DNA from: Macrostomum lignano
Lineage: Eukaryota
Direction: 5' to 3'
DNA: 64,000 nt
Assembly: GCA_002269645.1 (NCBI GenBank)
Contig: NIVC01001392.1
Span: forward strand, 233,919-297,918
Positions 63,349 through 64,000 of this stretch are shown here, in pieces. Each line of letters opens with the position of its first letter. Positions within the stretch are counted from its first letter, which is position 1. The notes under the pieces are model-generated. The model made no database searches. It was not told where the DNA came from and saw only the letters and a list, made by a program, of their open reading frames with translations. A program made the translations under genes and the position numbers.

Positions 63349-63818
63349 CTCCCAGCGCGCCACGAAGCAAATTGCCGTCTCCGGCCTGCCGACGCCCTCG
63401 CTGAAGTTGCCGCCGCCCAGTCGCAGGCCGCCGTGCGCGAACCGGCCGTCGGGCTCCAGCAGGTCGCGGTGCAGGGCGTACAAGTCCTCTTGGGCGCGGA
63501 CTTTGTCGACGCTAAGGCTGACACCTTGGCCTTCGCGTCTCCCGGTGATCACGTGACTTTGGCCGTCGTTGACCGCGGCCGCATAGACAGTCCGATGGTC
63601 GCCGGTGATGGAGTCGCGCAGGTGCACAGCGCCGCCCTTGAGGAACAGCTGCCAGAACTGGCCTCGCCGGTTGCTGACCGTGGCCAGCACGGTGCGGGCC
63701 TGGTAGGTCTGGAATCGGAGGCGGAATGACTCCGCCGGCACTGATTGGCTGAGCGGCACCCACAGGTAGGCGCAGGATGGCTTGTTGTCCGCCGGCTTGG
63801 TCAGAGTGCCCCAGGGAG
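63349..63818 (-). CDS. Laminin G (LamG) domain exon of a single-pass membrane protein; the gene continues beyond the window
   Basis: FRLRFQTYQARTVL...WQLFLKGGAVHL...VNDGQSHVI...LSVDK...LRLGG fits the LamG pattern (F.T....L, L.L.G, .NDG.WH.V, VD, L.LGG); acceptor cccgcAG, donor GAG|GTGAGA. Confidence 0.8.
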
Positions 63819-63839
63819 CTGCGGGTGTGCAAGTGAGTG

Positions 63840-64000
63840 AGTTTTATGAGTGAGATCATGAGTAAATGTGTGAGATCATGTCTGAGTTCATGAGTGAGAT
63901 CATGAGTGACATCATGAATGAGATCATGAGTGAAATCATGTTTATGAGTGAGATCATAAGTGAGTTCATAGTGAGATCATGAGTGACATCATGAGTGAGT
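63840..64000. repeat. 12-bp minisatellite (ATCATGAGTGAG)n
   Basis: Direct reading; runs off the window edge. Confidence 0.85.

Overview
Eukaryotic (animal) genomic DNA: GC3-rich spliceosomal exons scattered among many mini- and microsatellites. The style suggests a free-living flatworm such as Macrostomum, but that is inference. Genes supported by sequence: the 5' end of a prominin (minus strand, runs off the left edge), a two-exon peptide-type rhodopsin GPCR, an uncharacterised two-TM protein, a single-exon secreted IL-17-like protein, a complete six-exon CCDC40, and a minus-strand exon chain encoding LamG - TM - low-complexity tail - WD40 repeats that may be one fused gene. Mobile DNA: two decayed non-LTR retrotransposon fragments, two copies of a tRNA-derived SINE, and several MITE-like elements. 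A 3-4 kb inverted duplication (6174-10083 / 16858-19925) encloses about 6.8 kb. The most unusual signal is that arm-to-arm and SINE-to-SINE comparisons in the AT-rich part show repeated CpA>TpA / TpG>TpA transitions (a fungal RIP-like signature) plus recurrent GGCCTA insertions at TA sites. Most long ORFs in the supplied track are translations of tandem repeats. No rRNA, intact tRNA or CRISPR array was found. All alignments and counts were done by eye.
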